From Escherichia coli (lineage in GTDB: Bacteria > Pseudomonadota > Gammaproteobacteria > Enterobacterales > Enterobacteriaceae): 64,000 nucleotides of DNA. The notes beneath the pieces are model-generated. The model searched no databases. It was not told where the DNA came from and worked only from the letters and a program-made list of their open reading frames with translations. This document shows positions 43,432 to 55,095 of this stretch, piece after piece. The stretch lies in NCBI RefSeq assembly GCF_044324875.1, contig NZ_CP172185.1. One strand, given 5' to 3'. Position 1 is the stretch's first letter, and every line of letters begins with the position of its first letter. Made by a program: the position numbers and the translations under genes.

Positions 43432-44868
43432 ATGGCGCAGTCGAAACTCTATCCAGTTGTGATGGCAGGTGGCTCCGGTAGCCGCTTATGGCCGCTTTCC
43501 CGCGTACTTTACCCCAAGCAGTTTTTATGCCTGAAAGGCGATCTCACCATGCTGCAAACCACCATCTGCCGCCTGAACGGCGTGGAGTGCGAAAGCCCGG
43601 TGGTGATTTGCAATGAGCAGCACCGCTTTATTGTCGCGGAACAGCTGCGTCAACTGAACAAACTTACCGAGAACATTATTCTCGAACCGGCAGGGCGAAA
43701 CACGGCACCTGCCATTGCGCTGGCGGCGCTGGCGGCAACACGTCATAGCCCGGAGAGCGACCCGTTAATGCTGGTATTGGCGGCGGATCATGTGATTGCC
43801 GATGAAGACGCGTTCCGTGCCGCCGTGCGTAATGCCATGCCATATGCCGAAGCGGGCAAGCTGGTGACCTTCGGCATTGTGCCGGATCTACCAGAAACCG
43901 GTTATGGCTATATTCGTCGCGGTGAAGTATCTGCGGGTGAGCAGGATACGGTGGCCTTTGAAGTGGCGCAGTTTGTCGAAAAACCGAATCTGGAAACCGC
44001 TCAGGCCTATGTGGCAAGCGGCGAATATTACTGGAACAGCGGTATGTTCCTGTTCCGCGCCGGACGCTATCTCGAAGAACTGAAAAAATATCGCCCGGAT
44101 ATTCTCGACGCCTGTGAAAAAGCGATGAGCGCCATCGATCCGGATCTCGATTTTATTCGTGTGGATGAAGAAGCGTTTCTCGCCTGCCCGGAAGAGTCGG
44201 TGGATTACGCAGTCATGGAACGTACGGCAGATGCTGTTGTGGTGCCGATGGATGCGGGCTGGAGCGATGTCGGTTCCTGGTCCTCTTTATGGGAGATCAG
44301 CGCCCACACCGCCGAGGGCAACGTTTGCCACGGCGATGTGATTAATCACAAAACTGAAAACAGCTATGTGTATGCCGAATCTGGCCTGGTCACCACCGTC
44401 GGGGTGAAAGATTTGGTGGTAGTGCAGACCAAAGATGCGGTGCTGATTGCTGACCGTAACGCGGTGCAGGATGTGAAAAAAGTGGTCGAGCAGATCAAAG
44501 CCGATGGTCGCCATGAGCATCGGGTGCATCGCGAAGTGTATCGTCCGTGGGGCAAATATGACTCTATCGACGCGGGCGACCGCTACCAGGTGAAACGCAT
44601 CACCGTGAAACCGGGCGAAGGCTTGTCGGTACAGATGCACCATCACCGCGCGGAACACTGGGTAGTGGTCGCGGGAACGGCAAAAGTCACCATTGATGGT
44701 GATATCAAACTGCTTGGTGAAAACGAGTCCATTTATATTCCGCTGGGGGCGACGCATTGCCTGGAAAACCCGGGGAAAATTCCGCTCGATTTAATTGAAG
44801 TGCGCTCCGGCTCTTATCTCGAGGAGGATGATGTGGTGCGCTTCGCGGATCGCTACGGGCGGGTGTAA
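43432..44868 (+). CDS. cpsB: mannose-1-phosphate guanylyltransferase (colanic acid copy)
   Basis: 478-aa ORF with [13 protein letters not shown] nucleotidyltransferase motif and C-terminal cupin ([17 protein letters not shown]). Confidence 0.95.
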   Translation: MAQSKLYPVVMAGGSGSRLWPLSRVLYPKQFLCLKGDLTMLQTTICRLNGVECESPVVICNEQHRFIVAEQLRQLNKLTENIILEPAGRNTAPAIALAALAATRHSPESDPLMLVLAADHVIADEDAFRAAVRNAMPYAEAGKLVTFGIVPDLPETGYGYIRRGEVSAGEQDTVAFEVAQFVEKPNLETAQAYVASGEYYWNSGMFLFRAGRYLEELKKYRPDILDACEKAMSAIDPDLDFIRVDEEAFLACPEESVDYAVMERTADAVVVPMDAGWSDVGSWSSLWEISAHTAEGNVCHGDVINHKTENSYVYAESGLVTTVGVKDLVVVQTKDAVLIADRNAVQDVKKVVEQIKADGRHEHRVHREVYRPWGKYDSIDAGDRYQVKRITVKPGEGLSVQMHHHRAEHWVVVAGTAKVTIDGDIKLLGENESIYIPLGATHCLENPGKIPLDLIEVRSGSYLEEDDVVRFADRYGRV

Positions 44869-44995
<127 letters not shown>

Positions 44996-45060
44996 TAACG
45001 ACAAAAACAAAATTGGCCGTTTCGGTCAGGGCCAACTATTGCCTGAAAAAGGGTAACGAC

Positions 45061-46431
45061 ATGAAAAAATTAACCTGCTTTAAAGCCTATGATATTCGCG
45101 GGAAATTAGGCGAAGAACTGAATGAAGATATTGCCTGGCGTATTGGGCGTGCCTATGGCGAATTTCTCAAACCGAAAACCATTGTGTTAGGCGGTGATGT
45201 CCGCCTCACCAGCGAAATCTTAAAACTGGCGCTGGCAAAAGGTTTACAGGATGCGGGTGTCGATGTGCTGGATATTGGCATGTCCGGCACCGAAGAGATC
45301 TATTACGCCACGTTCCATCTCGGCGTGGATGGCGGCATCGAAGTCACTGCCAGCCATAATCCGATGGATTACAACGGCATGAAGCTGGTACGCGAAGGGG
45401 CTCGCCCGATCAGCGGCGATACCGGACTGCGCGACGTCCAGCGTCTGGCAGAAGCCAATGACTTCCCTCCTGTCGATGAAACCAAACGCGGTCGCTATCA
45501 GCAAATCAATCTGCGTGATGCTTACGTTGATCACCTGTTCGGTTATATCAACGTCAAAAACCTCACGCCGCTCAAGCTGGTGATTAACTCCGGGAACGGC
45601 GCAGCGGGTCCGGTAGTTGACGCCATTGAAGCCCGCTTTAAAGCCCTCGGCGCACCTGTGGAATTGATCAAAGTGCACAACACGCCGGACGGCAATTTCC
45701 CCAACGGTATTCCTAACCCGCTGCTGCCGGAATGCCGCGACGACACCCGCAATGAGGTCATCAAACACGGCGCGGATATGGGCATTGCCTTTGATGGCGA
45801 TTTTGACCGCTGCTTCCTGTTTGACGAAAAAGGGCAGTTTATCGAGGGCTACTACATTGTCGGCCTGCTGGCAGAAGCGTTCCTCGAAAAAAATCCTGGC
45901 GCGAAGATCATCCACGATCCACGTCTCTCCTGGAACACCGTTGATGTGGTGACTGCTGCTGGCGGCACGCCGGTAATGTCGAAAACCGGACACGCCTTTA
46001 TTAAAGAACGTATGCGCAAGGAAGACGCCATCTATGGTGGCGAAATGAGCGCTCACCATTACTTCCGCGATTTCGCTTACTGCGACAGCGGCATGATCCC
46101 GTGGCTGCTGGTCGCCGAACTGGTGTGCCTGAAAGGAAAAACGCTGGGCGAACTGGTGCGCGACCGGATGGCAGCGTTTCCGGCAAGCGGTGAGATCAAC
46201 AGCAAACTGGCGCACCCCGTTGAGGCGATTAACCGCGTCGAACAGCATTTTAGCCGCGAGGCGCTGGCGGTGGATCGCACCGATGGCATCAGCATGACCT
46301 TTGCCGACTGGCGCTTTAATCTGCGCTCCTCCAACACCGAACCGGTGGTGCGGTTGAATGTGGAATCGCGCGGTGATGTGCCGCTGATGGAAGCGCGAAC
46401 GCGAACTCTGCTGGCGTTGCTGAACGAGTAA
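45061..46431 (+). CDS. cpsG: phosphomannomutase (colanic acid copy)
   Basis: ATG at 45061 gives [29 protein letters not shown] (456 aa) with phosphohexomutase active-site Ser motif (TASHNP). The upstream extension was rejected. Confidence 0.93.
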   Translation: MKKLTCFKAYDIRGKLGEELNEDIAWRIGRAYGEFLKPKTIVLGGDVRLTSEILKLALAKGLQDAGVDVLDIGMSGTEEIYYATFHLGVDGGIEVTASHNPMDYNGMKLVREGARPISGDTGLRDVQRLAEANDFPPVDETKRGRYQQINLRDAYVDHLFGYINVKNLTPLKLVINSGNGAAGPVVDAIEARFKALGAPVELIKVHNTPDGNFPNGIPNPLLPECRDDTRNEVIKHGADMGIAFDGDFDRCFLFDEKGQFIEGYYIVGLLAEAFLEKNPGAKIIHDPRLSWNTVDVVTAAGGTPVMSKTGHAFIKERMRKEDAIYGGEMSAHHYFRDFAYCDSGMIPWLLVAELVCLKGKTLGELVRDRMAAFPASGEINSKLAHPVEAINRVEQHFSREALAVDRTDGISMTFADWRFNLRSSNTEPVVRLNVESRGDVPLMEARTRTLLALLNE

Positions 46432-46485
46432 TGTCGGATCTTCCCTTACCCCACTGCGGGTAAGGGGCTAATAACAGGAACAACG

Positions 46486-47880
46486 ATGACAAATCTAAAA
46501 AAGCGCGAGCGAGCGAAAACCAATGCATCGTTAATCTCTATGGTGCAACGCTTTTCAGATATCACCATCATGTTTGCCGGACTATGGCTGGTTTGCGAAG
46601 TGAGCGGCCTGTCATTCCTCTACATGCACCTGTTGGTGGCGCTGATTACGCTGGTGGTGTTCCAGATGCTGGGTGGCATCACCGATTTTTATCGCTCATG
46701 GCGAGGTGTTCGGGCAGCGACAGAATTTGCCCTGCTGCTACAAAACTGGACCTTAAGCGTGATTTTCAGCGCCGGACTGGTGGCGTTCAACAATGATTTC
46801 GACACGCAACTGAAAATCTGGCTGGCGTGGTATGGGCTGACCAGCATCGGACTGGTGGTTTGCCGTTCATGTATTCGCATTGGGGCGGGCTGGCTGCGTA
46901 ATCATGGCTATAACAAGCGTATGGTCGCCGTAGCGGGGGATTTAGCCGCCGGACAAATGCTGATGGAGAGCTTCCGTAATCAGCCGTGGTTAGGGTTTGA
47001 AGTGGTGGGCGTATACCACGACCCAAAACCGGGCGGCGTTTCTAACGACTGGGCGGGCAATCTGCAACAGCTGGTAGAGGATGCAAAAGCGGGCAAGATT
47101 CATAACGTCTATATCGCGATGCAGATGTGCGACGGCGCGCGCGTGAAAAAACTGGTCCATCAACTGGCGGACACCACCTGTTCGGTGCTGCTGATCCCCG
47201 ATGTCTTTACCTTCAACATTCTCCATTCCCGTATCGAAGAGATGAACGGCGTACCGGTGGTGCCGCTTTACGACACACCGCTTTCCGGGGTTAACCGCCT
47301 GCTCAAACGTGCGGAAGACATTGTGCTGGCGACGCTTATCCTGCTGCTGATCTCCCCGGTGCTGTGTTGCATTGCGCTGGCGGTGAAACTCAGTTCACCT
47401 GGGCCGGTTATTTTCCGCCAGACTCGCTACGGCATGGACGGCAAACCGATCAAAGTGTGGAAGTTCCGTTCCATGAAAGTGATGGAGAACGACAAAGTGG
47501 TGACTCAGGCGACGCAGAACGATCCGCGCGTCACCAAAGTGGGGAATTTTCTACGCCGCACCTCGCTGGATGAATTGCCGCAGTTTATTAATGTGCTGAC
47601 CGGGGGGATGTCGATTGTCGGTCCGCGTCCGCATGCGGTGGCGCATAACGAACAGTATCGCCAGCTCATTGAAGGCTACATGCTGCGCCATAAGGTGAAA
47701 CCGGGCATTACCGGCTGGGCGCAGATTAACGGCTGGCGCGGCGAAACCGACACGCTGGAGAAAATGGAAAAACGCGTCGAGTTCGACCTTGAGTACATCC
47801 GCGAATGGAGCGTCTGGTTCGATATCAAAATCGTTTTCCTGACGGTGTTCAAGGGCTTCGTTAACAAAGCGGCATATTGA
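46486..47880 (+). CDS. wcaJ: undecaprenyl-phosphate glucose-1-phosphate transferase WcaJ
   Basis: 464-aa ORF with N-terminal TM segments and C-terminal bacterial sugar transferase domain (SIVGPRPH). Confidence 0.93.
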   Translation: MTNLKKRERAKTNASLISMVQRFSDITIMFAGLWLVCEVSGLSFLYMHLLVALITLVVFQMLGGITDFYRSWRGVRAATEFALLLQNWTLSVIFSAGLVAFNNDFDTQLKIWLAWYGLTSIGLVVCRSCIRIGAGWLRNHGYNKRMVAVAGDLAAGQMLMESFRNQPWLGFEVVGVYHDPKPGGVSNDWAGNLQQLVEDAKAGKIHNVYIAMQMCDGARVKKLVHQLADTTCSVLLIPDVFTFNILHSRIEEMNGVPVVPLYDTPLSGVNRLLKRAEDIVLATLILLLISPVLCCIALAVKLSSPGPVIFRQTRYGMDGKPIKVWKFRSMKVMENDKVVTQATQNDPRVTKVGNFLRRTSLDELPQFINVLTGGMSIVGPRPHAVAHNEQYRQLIEGYMLRHKVKPGITGWAQINGWRGETDTLEKMEKRVEFDLEYIREWSVWFDIKIVFLTVFKGFVNKAAY

Positions 47881-47881
47881 T

Positions 47882-49360
47882 ATGAGCTTACGTGAAAAAA
47901 CCATCAGCGGCGCGAAGTGGTCGGCGATTGCCACGGTGATCATCATCGGCCTCGGGTTGGTGCAGATGACCGTGCTGGCGCGGATTATCGACAACCACCA
48001 GTTCGGCCTGCTGACTGTGTCGCTGGTGATCATCGCGCTGGCAGATACGCTTTCTGACTTCGGTATCGCTAACTCCATTATTCAGCGAAAAGAAATCAGC
48101 CACCTTGAACTCACCACGCTGTACTGGCTGAACGTTGGGCTGGGGCTTGTGGTGTGCGTGGCGGTGTTTTTGTTGAGTGATCTCATTGGTGACATGCTGA
48201 ATAACCCGGACCTGGCACCCTTGATTAAAACATTGTCGCTGGCGTTTGTGGTGATCCCCCACGGGCAACAGTTCCGCGCGTTGATGCAGAAGGAGCTGGA
48301 GTTCAACAAAATCGGCATGATCGAAACCAGCGCGGTGCTGGCGGGCTTCACTTTTACGGTGGTTAGCGCCCATTTCTGGCCGCTGGCGATGACCGCGATC
48401 CTCGGTTATCTGGTCAATAGTGCGGTAAGAACGCTGCTGTTTGGCTACTTTGGCCGCAAAATTTATCGCCCCGGTCTGCATTTCTCGCTGGCGTCGGTGG
48501 CACCGAACTTACGCTTTGGTGCCTGGCTGACGGCGGACAGCATCATCAACTATCTCAACACCAACCTTTCAACGCTGGTGCTGGCGCGTATTCTCGGCGC
48601 GAGTGTGGCAGGGGGGTACAACCTGGCGTACAACGTGGCCGTTGTGCCGCCGATGAAACTGAACCCCATCATCACCCGCGTGTTGTTTCCGGCGTTTGCC
48701 AAAATTCAGGACGACACCGAAAAGCTGCGCGTCAACTTCTACAAGCTGCTGTCGGTGGTGGGGATTATCAACTTTCCGGCGCTGCTCGGGCTGATGGTGG
48801 TGTCAAATAACTTTGTACCGCTGGTCTTTGGTGAGAAGTGGAACAGCATTATTCCGGTGCTGCAATTGCTGTGTGTGGTGGGGCTGCTGCGCTCAGTGGG
48901 GAACCCGATTGGTTCGCTGCTGATGGCGAAAGCGCGGGTCGATATCAGCTTTAAATTCAACGTATTCAAAACCTTTCTGTTTATTCCGGCGATTGTTATT
49001 GGTGGGCAGATGGCGGGCGCAATCGGCGTCACGCTTGGCTTCCTGCTGGTGCAGATTATCAACACCATTCTGAGCTATTTCGTGATGATTAAACCGGTGC
49101 TCGGTTCCAGTTATCGCCAGTACATCCTGAGTTTGTGGCTGCCGTTTTATCTCTCGCTGCCGACGCTGGTGGTTAGTTCTGCGCTGGGCATTGTGCTGAA
49201 AGGGCAACTGGCGCTGGGGATGCTGTTGGCGGTGCAAATAGCCGCGGGCGTGCTGGCGTTTGTGGTGATGATTGTGCTGTCGCGCCATTCGCTGGTGGTG
49301 GAAGTGAAGCGTCAGTTTTGTCGCAGCGAAAAAATGAAAATGCTTTTACGGGCGGGGTGA
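47882..49360 (+). CDS. wzxC: colanic acid repeat-unit flippase WzxC
   Basis: 492-aa polytopic MOP-family membrane protein; position in the cluster. Confidence 0.93.
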   Translation: MSLREKTISGAKWSAIATVIIIGLGLVQMTVLARIIDNHQFGLLTVSLVIIALADTLSDFGIANSIIQRKEISHLELTTLYWLNVGLGLVVCVAVFLLSDLIGDMLNNPDLAPLIKTLSLAFVVIPHGQQFRALMQKELEFNKIGMIETSAVLAGFTFTVVSAHFWPLAMTAILGYLVNSAVRTLLFGYFGRKIYRPGLHFSLASVAPNLRFGAWLTADSIINYLNTNLSTLVLARILGASVAGGYNLAYNVAVVPPMKLNPIITRVLFPAFAKIQDDTEKLRVNFYKLLSVVGIINFPALLGLMVVSNNFVPLVFGEKWNSIIPVLQLLCVVGLLRSVGNPIGSLLMAKARVDISFKFNVFKTFLFIPAIVIGGQMAGAIGVTLGFLLVQIINTILSYFVMIKPVLGSSYRQYILSLWLPFYLSLPTLVVSSALGIVLKGQLALGMLLAVQIAAGVLAFVVMIVLSRHSLVVEVKRQFCRSEKMKMLLRAG

Positions 49361-49387
49361 ATGGTTGTTTTCGGTTCCGACAACGGT

Positions 49388-49672
49388 TGCCGGATGCGGC
49401 GTGAACGCCTTATCCGTCCTACGGCTCTGTGCTCGGGTCTTGTAGGCCTGATAAGACGCGCCAGCGTCGCATCAGGCACTAAATGCCGGATGCGGCGTAA
49501 AACGCCTTATCCATCCTACGGTTCTGTGCTCGGGACCTGTAGGCCTGATAAGACGCGTCAGCGTCGCATCAGGCACTGAATGCTGGATGCGGCGTGAACG
49601 CCTTATCCGGCCTACGGTTCTGTGCTCGGGTCTTGTAGGCCTGATAAGACGCGCCAGCGTCGCATCAGGCAA
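49388..49672. repeat. BIME cluster: three tandem ~95-bp units of paired REP elements between wzxC and wcaK
   Basis: Three near-identical copies of gccggatgcggcgtgaacgccttatccg.cctacgg.tctgtgctcggg.cttgtaggcctgataagacgcg.cagcgtcgcatcaggca. Confidence 0.85.
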
Positions 49673-49731
49673 AAAACGGCAACGAACACAACAAACACAG
49701 CCTCACCTGGCATCAAATTTATGAGGAAAAA

Positions 49732-51012
49732 ATGAAATTACTTATTCTGGGCAACCACACTTGCGGCAATCGTGGCGACAGCGCCATCTTGCGCGGCTTA
49801 CTTGATGCCATCAACATCCTCAATCCACATGCCGAAGTGGACGTGATGAGCCGCTATCCTGTCAGTTCTTCCTGGCTGCTCAACCGCCCGGTAATGGGCG
49901 ATCCGCTGTTCCTGCAAATGAAACAACACAACAGCGCGGCGGGCGTTGTCGGGCGCGTTAAAAAAGTCCTCCGTCGCCGCTACCAGCATCAGGTATTGCT
50001 CTCACGCGTCACCGACACTGGCAAGCTGCGTAATATCGCCATCGCCCAGGGATTCACTGACTTCGTGCGCCTGCTGTCAGGTTACGACGCCATTATTCAG
50101 GTCGGCGGATCGTTTTTTGTCGATCTCTACGGCGTGCCGCAGTTTGAACATGCGCTTTGCACATTTATGGCGAAAAAGCCGCTGTTTATGATTGGTCACA
50201 GCGTCGGCCCCTTCCAGGATGAGCAATTTAACCAACTGGCGAACTACGTTTTCGGTCACTGTGACGCGCTGATCCTGCGCGAGTCGGTTAGCCTCGATCT
50301 AATGAAACGCAGCAATATCACCACTGCAAAAGTGGAACATGGCGTCGATACCGCGTGGCTGGTCGATCACCACACAGAAGATTTCACCGCCAGCTATGCC
50401 GTCCAACACTGGCTGGACGTTGCCGCACAACAGAAAACGGTAGCAATTACCTTGCGCGAACTGGTACCGTTCGACAAACGTCTCGGCACCACTCAACAAG
50501 CGTATGAAAAAGCCTTTGCCGGGGTGGTCAATCGCATTCTCGACGAAGGATATCAGGTGATTGCGCTCTCCACCTGTACGGGTATCGACAGCTATAACAA
50601 AGACGACCGCATGGTGGCGCTCAATCTGCGCCAGCATATCAGCGATCCTGCCCGTTACCACGTAGTGATGGATGAACTCAACGATCTGGAAATGGGCAAA
50701 ATTCTCGGTGCCTGTGAACTCACCGTCGGTACGCGCCTGCACTCCGCCATTATCTCAATGAACTTTGCCACTCCGGCGATTGCCATCAACTATGAACATA
50801 AATCCGCCGGGATTATGCAACAGCTGGGACTGCCAGAGATGGCGATTGATATCCGTCATTTACTGGACGGCAGCCTGCAAGCGATGGTTGCGGATACCTT
50901 AGGCCAACTTCCGGCGCTGAACGCACGACTTAACGAAGCTGTCAGTCGTGAGCGTCAGACAGGAATGCAGATGGTGCAATCTGTGCTTGAGCGCATCGGG
51001 GAGGTGAAATGA
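49732..51012 (+). CDS. wcaK: colanic acid pyruvyl transferase WcaK
   Basis: 426-aa ORF beginning MKLLILGNHTCGNRGDSAIL; position in the cluster. Confidence 0.92.
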   Translation: MKLLILGNHTCGNRGDSAILRGLLDAINILNPHAEVDVMSRYPVSSSWLLNRPVMGDPLFLQMKQHNSAAGVVGRVKKVLRRRYQHQVLLSRVTDTGKLRNIAIAQGFTDFVRLLSGYDAIIQVGGSFFVDLYGVPQFEHALCTFMAKKPLFMIGHSVGPFQDEQFNQLANYVFGHCDALILRESVSLDLMKRSNITTAKVEHGVDTAWLVDHHTEDFTASYAVQHWLDVAAQQKTVAITLRELVPFDKRLGTTQQAYEKAFAGVVNRILDEGYQVIALSTCTGIDSYNKDDRMVALNLRQHISDPARYHVVMDELNDLEMGKILGACELTVGTRLHSAIISMNFATPAIAINYEHKSAGIMQQLGLPEMAIDIRHLLDGSLQAMVADTLGQLPALNARLNEAVSRERQTGMQMVQSVLERIGEVK

Positions 51013-52229
51013 AGGTCGGCTTCTTTTTACTGAAATTTCCGCTGTCGTCGGAAACCTTCGTCCTCAATCAAATTACCGCGTTTATTGATATGGGCTTTGA
51101 AGTGGAGATTGTCGCGCTGCAAAAAGGTGACACACAAAACACCCACGCGGCATGGACGAAATACAACCTTGCCGCAAGAACCCGCTGGTTACAGGACGAA
51201 CCTACGGGCAAAGTGGCGAAGCTGCGCCACCGTGCCAGCCAGACCTTACGCGGCATTTATCGTAAAAATACCTGGCAGGCGCTCAACCTCAAACGCTATG
51301 GTGCCGAGTCGCGGAACCTGATTTTGTCTGCCATTTGCGGCCAGGTCGCAACACCGTTTCATGCCGATGTCTTTATCGCTCATTTTGGTCCGGCAGGGGT
51401 AACCGCAGCAAAACTACGCGAACTGGGTGTCATTCGCGGCAAAATTGCCACTATCTTCCACGGCATTGATATCTCCAGTCGGGAAGTGCTCAACCACTAC
51501 ACTCCCGAATATCAGCAACTGTTCCGCCGTGGCGACCTGATGTTACCGATAAGCGATCTGTGGGCCGGAAGGCTGCAAAAAATGGGCTGTCCGAGGGAAA
51601 AAATCGCCGTATCGCGTATGGGCGTGGACATGACGCGCTTTAGCCCGCGCCCGGTGAAAGCGCCCGCAACGCCGCTGGAAATCATTTCCGTCGCACGCTT
51701 AACCGAGAAAAAAGGCCTGCATGTGGCGATTGAAGCCTGCCGTCAGTTGAAAGAGCAGGGCGTGGCATTTCGCTATCGCATCCTCGGCATTGGCCCGTGG
51801 GAACGACGCCTGCGCACCCTCATCGAACAATATCAACTGGAAGATGTGGTGGAGATGCCGGGCTTTAAACCGAGCCATGAAGTGAAAGCGATGCTCGACG
51901 ACGCGGATATCTTCCTGTTGCCATCGGTAACGGGCGCGGATGGCGATATGGAAGGCATTCCGGTCGCGCTGATGGAAGCGATGGCGGTCGGCATTCCGGT
52001 GGTTTCTACTCTGCATAGCGGAATACCGGAACTGGTCGAGGCCGATAAATCCGGCTGGCTGGTGCCTGAGAACGATGCTCGCGCACTGGCGCAACGACTG
52101 GCGGCGTTTAGCCAACTGGACACCGACGAACTGGCTCCGGTCGTCAAACGAGCGCGCGAAAAAGTCGAACACGATTTTAACCAGCAGGTGATTAATCGAG
52201 AACTCGCCAGCTTGCTGCAAGCTTTATAG
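51009..52229 (+). CDS. wcaL: colanic acid GT4 glycosyltransferase WcaL
   Basis: 406-aa ORF; overlaps the wcaK stop; GT4 EX7E-type region. Confidence 0.92.
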   Translation: MKVGFFLLKFPLSSETFVLNQITAFIDMGFEVEIVALQKGDTQNTHAAWTKYNLAARTRWLQDEPTGKVAKLRHRASQTLRGIYRKNTWQALNLKRYGAESRNLILSAICGQVATPFHADVFIAHFGPAGVTAAKLRELGVIRGKIATIFHGIDISSREVLNHYTPEYQQLFRRGDLMLPISDLWAGRLQKMGCPREKIAVSRMGVDMTRFSPRPVKAPATPLEIISVARLTEKKGLHVAIEACRQLKEQGVAFRYRILGIGPWERRLRTLIEQYQLEDVVEMPGFKPSHEVKAMLDDADIFLLPSVTGADGDMEGIPVALMEAMAVGIPVVSTLHSGIPELVEADKSGWLVPENDARALAQRLAAFSQLDTDELAPVVKRAREKVEHDFNQQVINRELASLLQAL

Positions 52230-52239
52230 AGGAGAACGT

Positions 52240-53634
52240 ATGCCATTTAAAAAACTCTCCCGACGCACCTTCCTGACGGCAAGCTCCGCGCTTGCCTTCC
52301 TCCATACCCCTTTCGCTCGCGCACTTCCCGACCAACAGAGCGTTAACATTAACGACTACAACCCTCACGACTGGATCGCCTCATTTAAACAAGCCTTCAG
52401 CGAAGGACAAACAGTCGTCGTGCCTGCCGGATTCGTTTGTGACAATATCAACACCGGCATCTTCATCCCTCCCGGCAAAACGTTACACATCCTTGGAAGC
52501 CTGCGCGGCAACGGCAGAGGGCGATTTGTCTTACAGGACGGCAGCCAGGTGACAGGGGAGGAGGGCGGCAGTATGCATAACATCACCCTGGATGTGCGTG
52601 GTTCTGACTGCACCATCAAAGGGCTGGCGATGAGCGGTTTCGGCCCGGTAACGCAGATTTATATCGGCGGCAAAAACAAACGGGTTATGCGTAACCTGAC
52701 CATCGATAACCTGACCATTAGCCACGCTAATTACGCCATCTTACGTCAGGGATTTCATAACCAGATTATCGGTGCCAACATCACCAATTGTAAGTTCAGC
52801 GACTTACAGGGGGACGCCATTGAATGGAACGTGGCGATTAACGACAGTGATATTTTGATCTCCGACCACATCATCGAGCGCATCAACTGTACCAACGGCA
52901 AAATCAACTGGGGAATCGGCATAGGCCTTGCGGGGAGTACTTATGATAATAACTACCCGGAAGACCAGGCAGTGAAAAACTTTGTCGTGGCGAATATCAC
53001 GGGATCGGATTGTCGACAACTGATCCATGTTGAAAATGGTAAACATTTTGTTATTCGTAATATCAAAGCCCGCAATATCACGCCGGATTTCAGTAAGAAA
53101 GCAGGTATTGATAACGCCACGGTCGCTATTTACGGTTGTGACAATTTCGTGATTGATAATATTGAAATGATTAATAGCGCCGGGATGTTAATCGGTTATG
53201 GGGTAATTAAAGGCAAATATCTCTCGATACCGCAAAATTTCCGAGTGAATAATATTCAGCTGGATAACACCCACCTTGCTTACAAATTGCGCGGTATCCA
53301 AATCTCTGCCGGGAATGCTGTCTCCTTTGTGGCACTGACTAACATTGAGATGAAGCGTGCCTCGTTGGAGTTACACAACAAACCGCAACATCTTTTTATA
53401 CGAAATATCAAAGTGATGCAGGAATCCTCTGTTGGACCCGCATTGAGCATGAACTTCGACATGCGCAAAGACGTTCGCGGCGTCTTTATGGCGAAAAAAG
53501 AAACACTGCTGTCTCTTGCAAATGTTCATGCGGTGAATGAAAGAGGGCAAAGCTCCGTCGATATCGACAGGGTTAATCACCATATTGTTAATGTGGAAAA
53601 GATTAACTTTAGATTGCCAGAACGGAGAGAGTAG
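52240..53634 (+). CDS. wcaM: colanic acid biosynthesis protein WcaM (secreted, beta-helix-like)
   Basis: 464-aa ORF with Tat/Sec-like N-terminus [21 protein letters not shown]; position in the cluster. Confidence 0.9.
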   Translation: MPFKKLSRRTFLTASSALAFLHTPFARALPDQQSVNINDYNPHDWIASFKQAFSEGQTVVVPAGFVCDNINTGIFIPPGKTLHILGSLRGNGRGRFVLQDGSQVTGEEGGSMHNITLDVRGSDCTIKGLAMSGFGPVTQIYIGGKNKRVMRNLTIDNLTISHANYAILRQGFHNQIIGANITNCKFSDLQGDAIEWNVAINDSDILISDHIIERINCTNGKINWGIGIGLAGSTYDNNYPEDQAVKNFVVANITGSDCRQLIHVENGKHFVIRNIKARNITPDFSKKAGIDNATVAIYGCDNFVIDNIEMINSAGMLIGYGVIKGKYLSIPQNFRVNNIQLDNTHLAYKLRGIQISAGNAVSFVALTNIEMKRASLELHNKPQHLFIRNIKVMQESSVGPALSMNFDMRKDVRGVFMAKKETLLSLANVHAVNERGQSSVDIDRVNHHIVNVEKINFRLPERRE

Positions 53635-53808
53635 ATTTGCGACCATTCCTGGAAAAATGGAGCCATACTTAGGAACAATGCTACTGCAATCCACAACGAA
53701 GCGGCGTAACATCACAAGTAATTCAGTAATCAATTCAGGGTAATTGATGCTGGCGAAAAAAATCGAACAAGCTATAATTCAGCAACCATTTTACAGGTGG
53801 ATGAAATA

Positions 53809-54702
53809 ATGACGAATTTAAAAGCAGTTATTCCTGTAGCGGGTCTTGGGATGCATATGTTGCCTGCCACTAAGGCGATTCCCAAAGAGATGCTACCGAT
53901 CGTCGACAAGCCAATGATTCAGTACATTGTTGACGAGATTGTGGCTGCAGGGATCAAAGAAATCCTCCTGGTAACTCACGCGTCCAAGAACGCGGTCGAA
54001 AACCACTTCGACACCTCTTATGAATTAGAATCTCTCCTTGAACAGCGCGTGAAGCGTCAACTACTGGCGGAAGTGCAGTCCATCTGTCCGCCGGGCGTGA
54101 CCATTATGAACGTGCGTCAGGGCGAACCTTTAGGTTTGGGCCACTCCATTTTATGTGCACGACCTGCCATTGGTGACAACCCATTTGTCGTGGTACTGCC
54201 AGACGTTGTTATCGATGACGCCAGCGCCGATCCGCTACGCTATAACCTTGCTGCCATGATTGCGCGCTTCAACGAAACGGGCCGCAGCCAGGTGCTGGCA
54301 AAACGTATGCCGGGTGACCTCTCTGAATACTCCGTCATTCAGACCAAAGAACCACTGGATCGTGAAGGTAAAGTCAGCCGCATCGTCGAATTTATCGAAA
54401 AACCGGATCAGCCGCAGACGCTGGACTCAGACATCATGGCCGTTGGTCGCTATGTGCTTTCTGCCGATATTTGGCCGGAACTTGAACGCACGCAACCTGG
54501 TGCATGGGGGCGTATTCAGCTGACTGATGCTATTGCCGAACTGGCGAAAAAACAGTCCGTTGATGCCATGCTGATGACCGGCGACAGCTACGACTGCGGT
54601 AAAAAAATGGGCTATATGCAGGCGTTTGTGAAGTATGGACTGCGCAACCTGAAGGAAGGGCCAAAGTTCCGTAAGAGCATTGAGAAGTTGCTCGGGGAAT
54701 AG
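53809..54702 (+). CDS. galF: UTP-glucose-1-phosphate uridylyltransferase regulatory subunit GalF
   Basis: ATG at 53809 gives [39 protein letters not shown] (297 aa). The upstream GTG extension was rejected. Confidence 0.95.
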   Translation: MTNLKAVIPVAGLGMHMLPATKAIPKEMLPIVDKPMIQYIVDEIVAAGIKEILLVTHASKNAVENHFDTSYELESLLEQRVKRQLLAEVQSICPPGVTIMNVRQGEPLGLGHSILCARPAIGDNPFVVVLPDVVIDDASADPLRYNLAAMIARFNETGRSQVLAKRMPGDLSEYSVIQTKEPLDREGKVSRIVEFIEKPDQPQTLDSDIMAVGRYVLSADIWPELERTQPGAWGRIQLTDAIAELAKKQSVDAMLMTGDSYDCGKKMGYMQAFVKYGLRNLKEGPKFRKSIEKLLGE

Positions 54703-54962
54703 ATCCCAAGCCAATGTAACAATAATTTAGATAAATAGCGGCAGCTAACATCCCGGCGTCTATGCTTTAAACAAAGGAATGTTACTGTCGTTTTTCTTTT
54801 TAAAACAAAGAATAACAACGAGTTAACCTACTAAGTTTAATCTATTTTTTGTTGGATTTATCCTTGTTTCTGACAGCATTTGGTAAGACAATTGGCGTTT
54901 GAATTTAAGATAGCTTTGCGATAGCTAGCGGGGCGGGGTACATCTTTGGCATTTTGCTAGTG

Positions 54963-54996
54963 CACTGGTAGCTGTTAAGCCAGGGGCGGTAGCGTG
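54963..54996 (+). promoter_or_regulatory. JUMPstart element with ops site upstream of the O-antigen gene cluster
   Basis: cactggtagctgttaagccaggggcggtagcgtg contains the ops core GGCGGTAGCGTG (54985..54996), in the galF to O-antigen intergenic region. Confidence 0.85.
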
Positions 54997-55095
54997 GTAA
55001 GATTGTGTTTATATGATGCGTTCTCAAAATAAGAAATAATAATCCTGACTATTTTTATACTATTGATAATATCTGAAATAAACTTAAGAGCAAAC

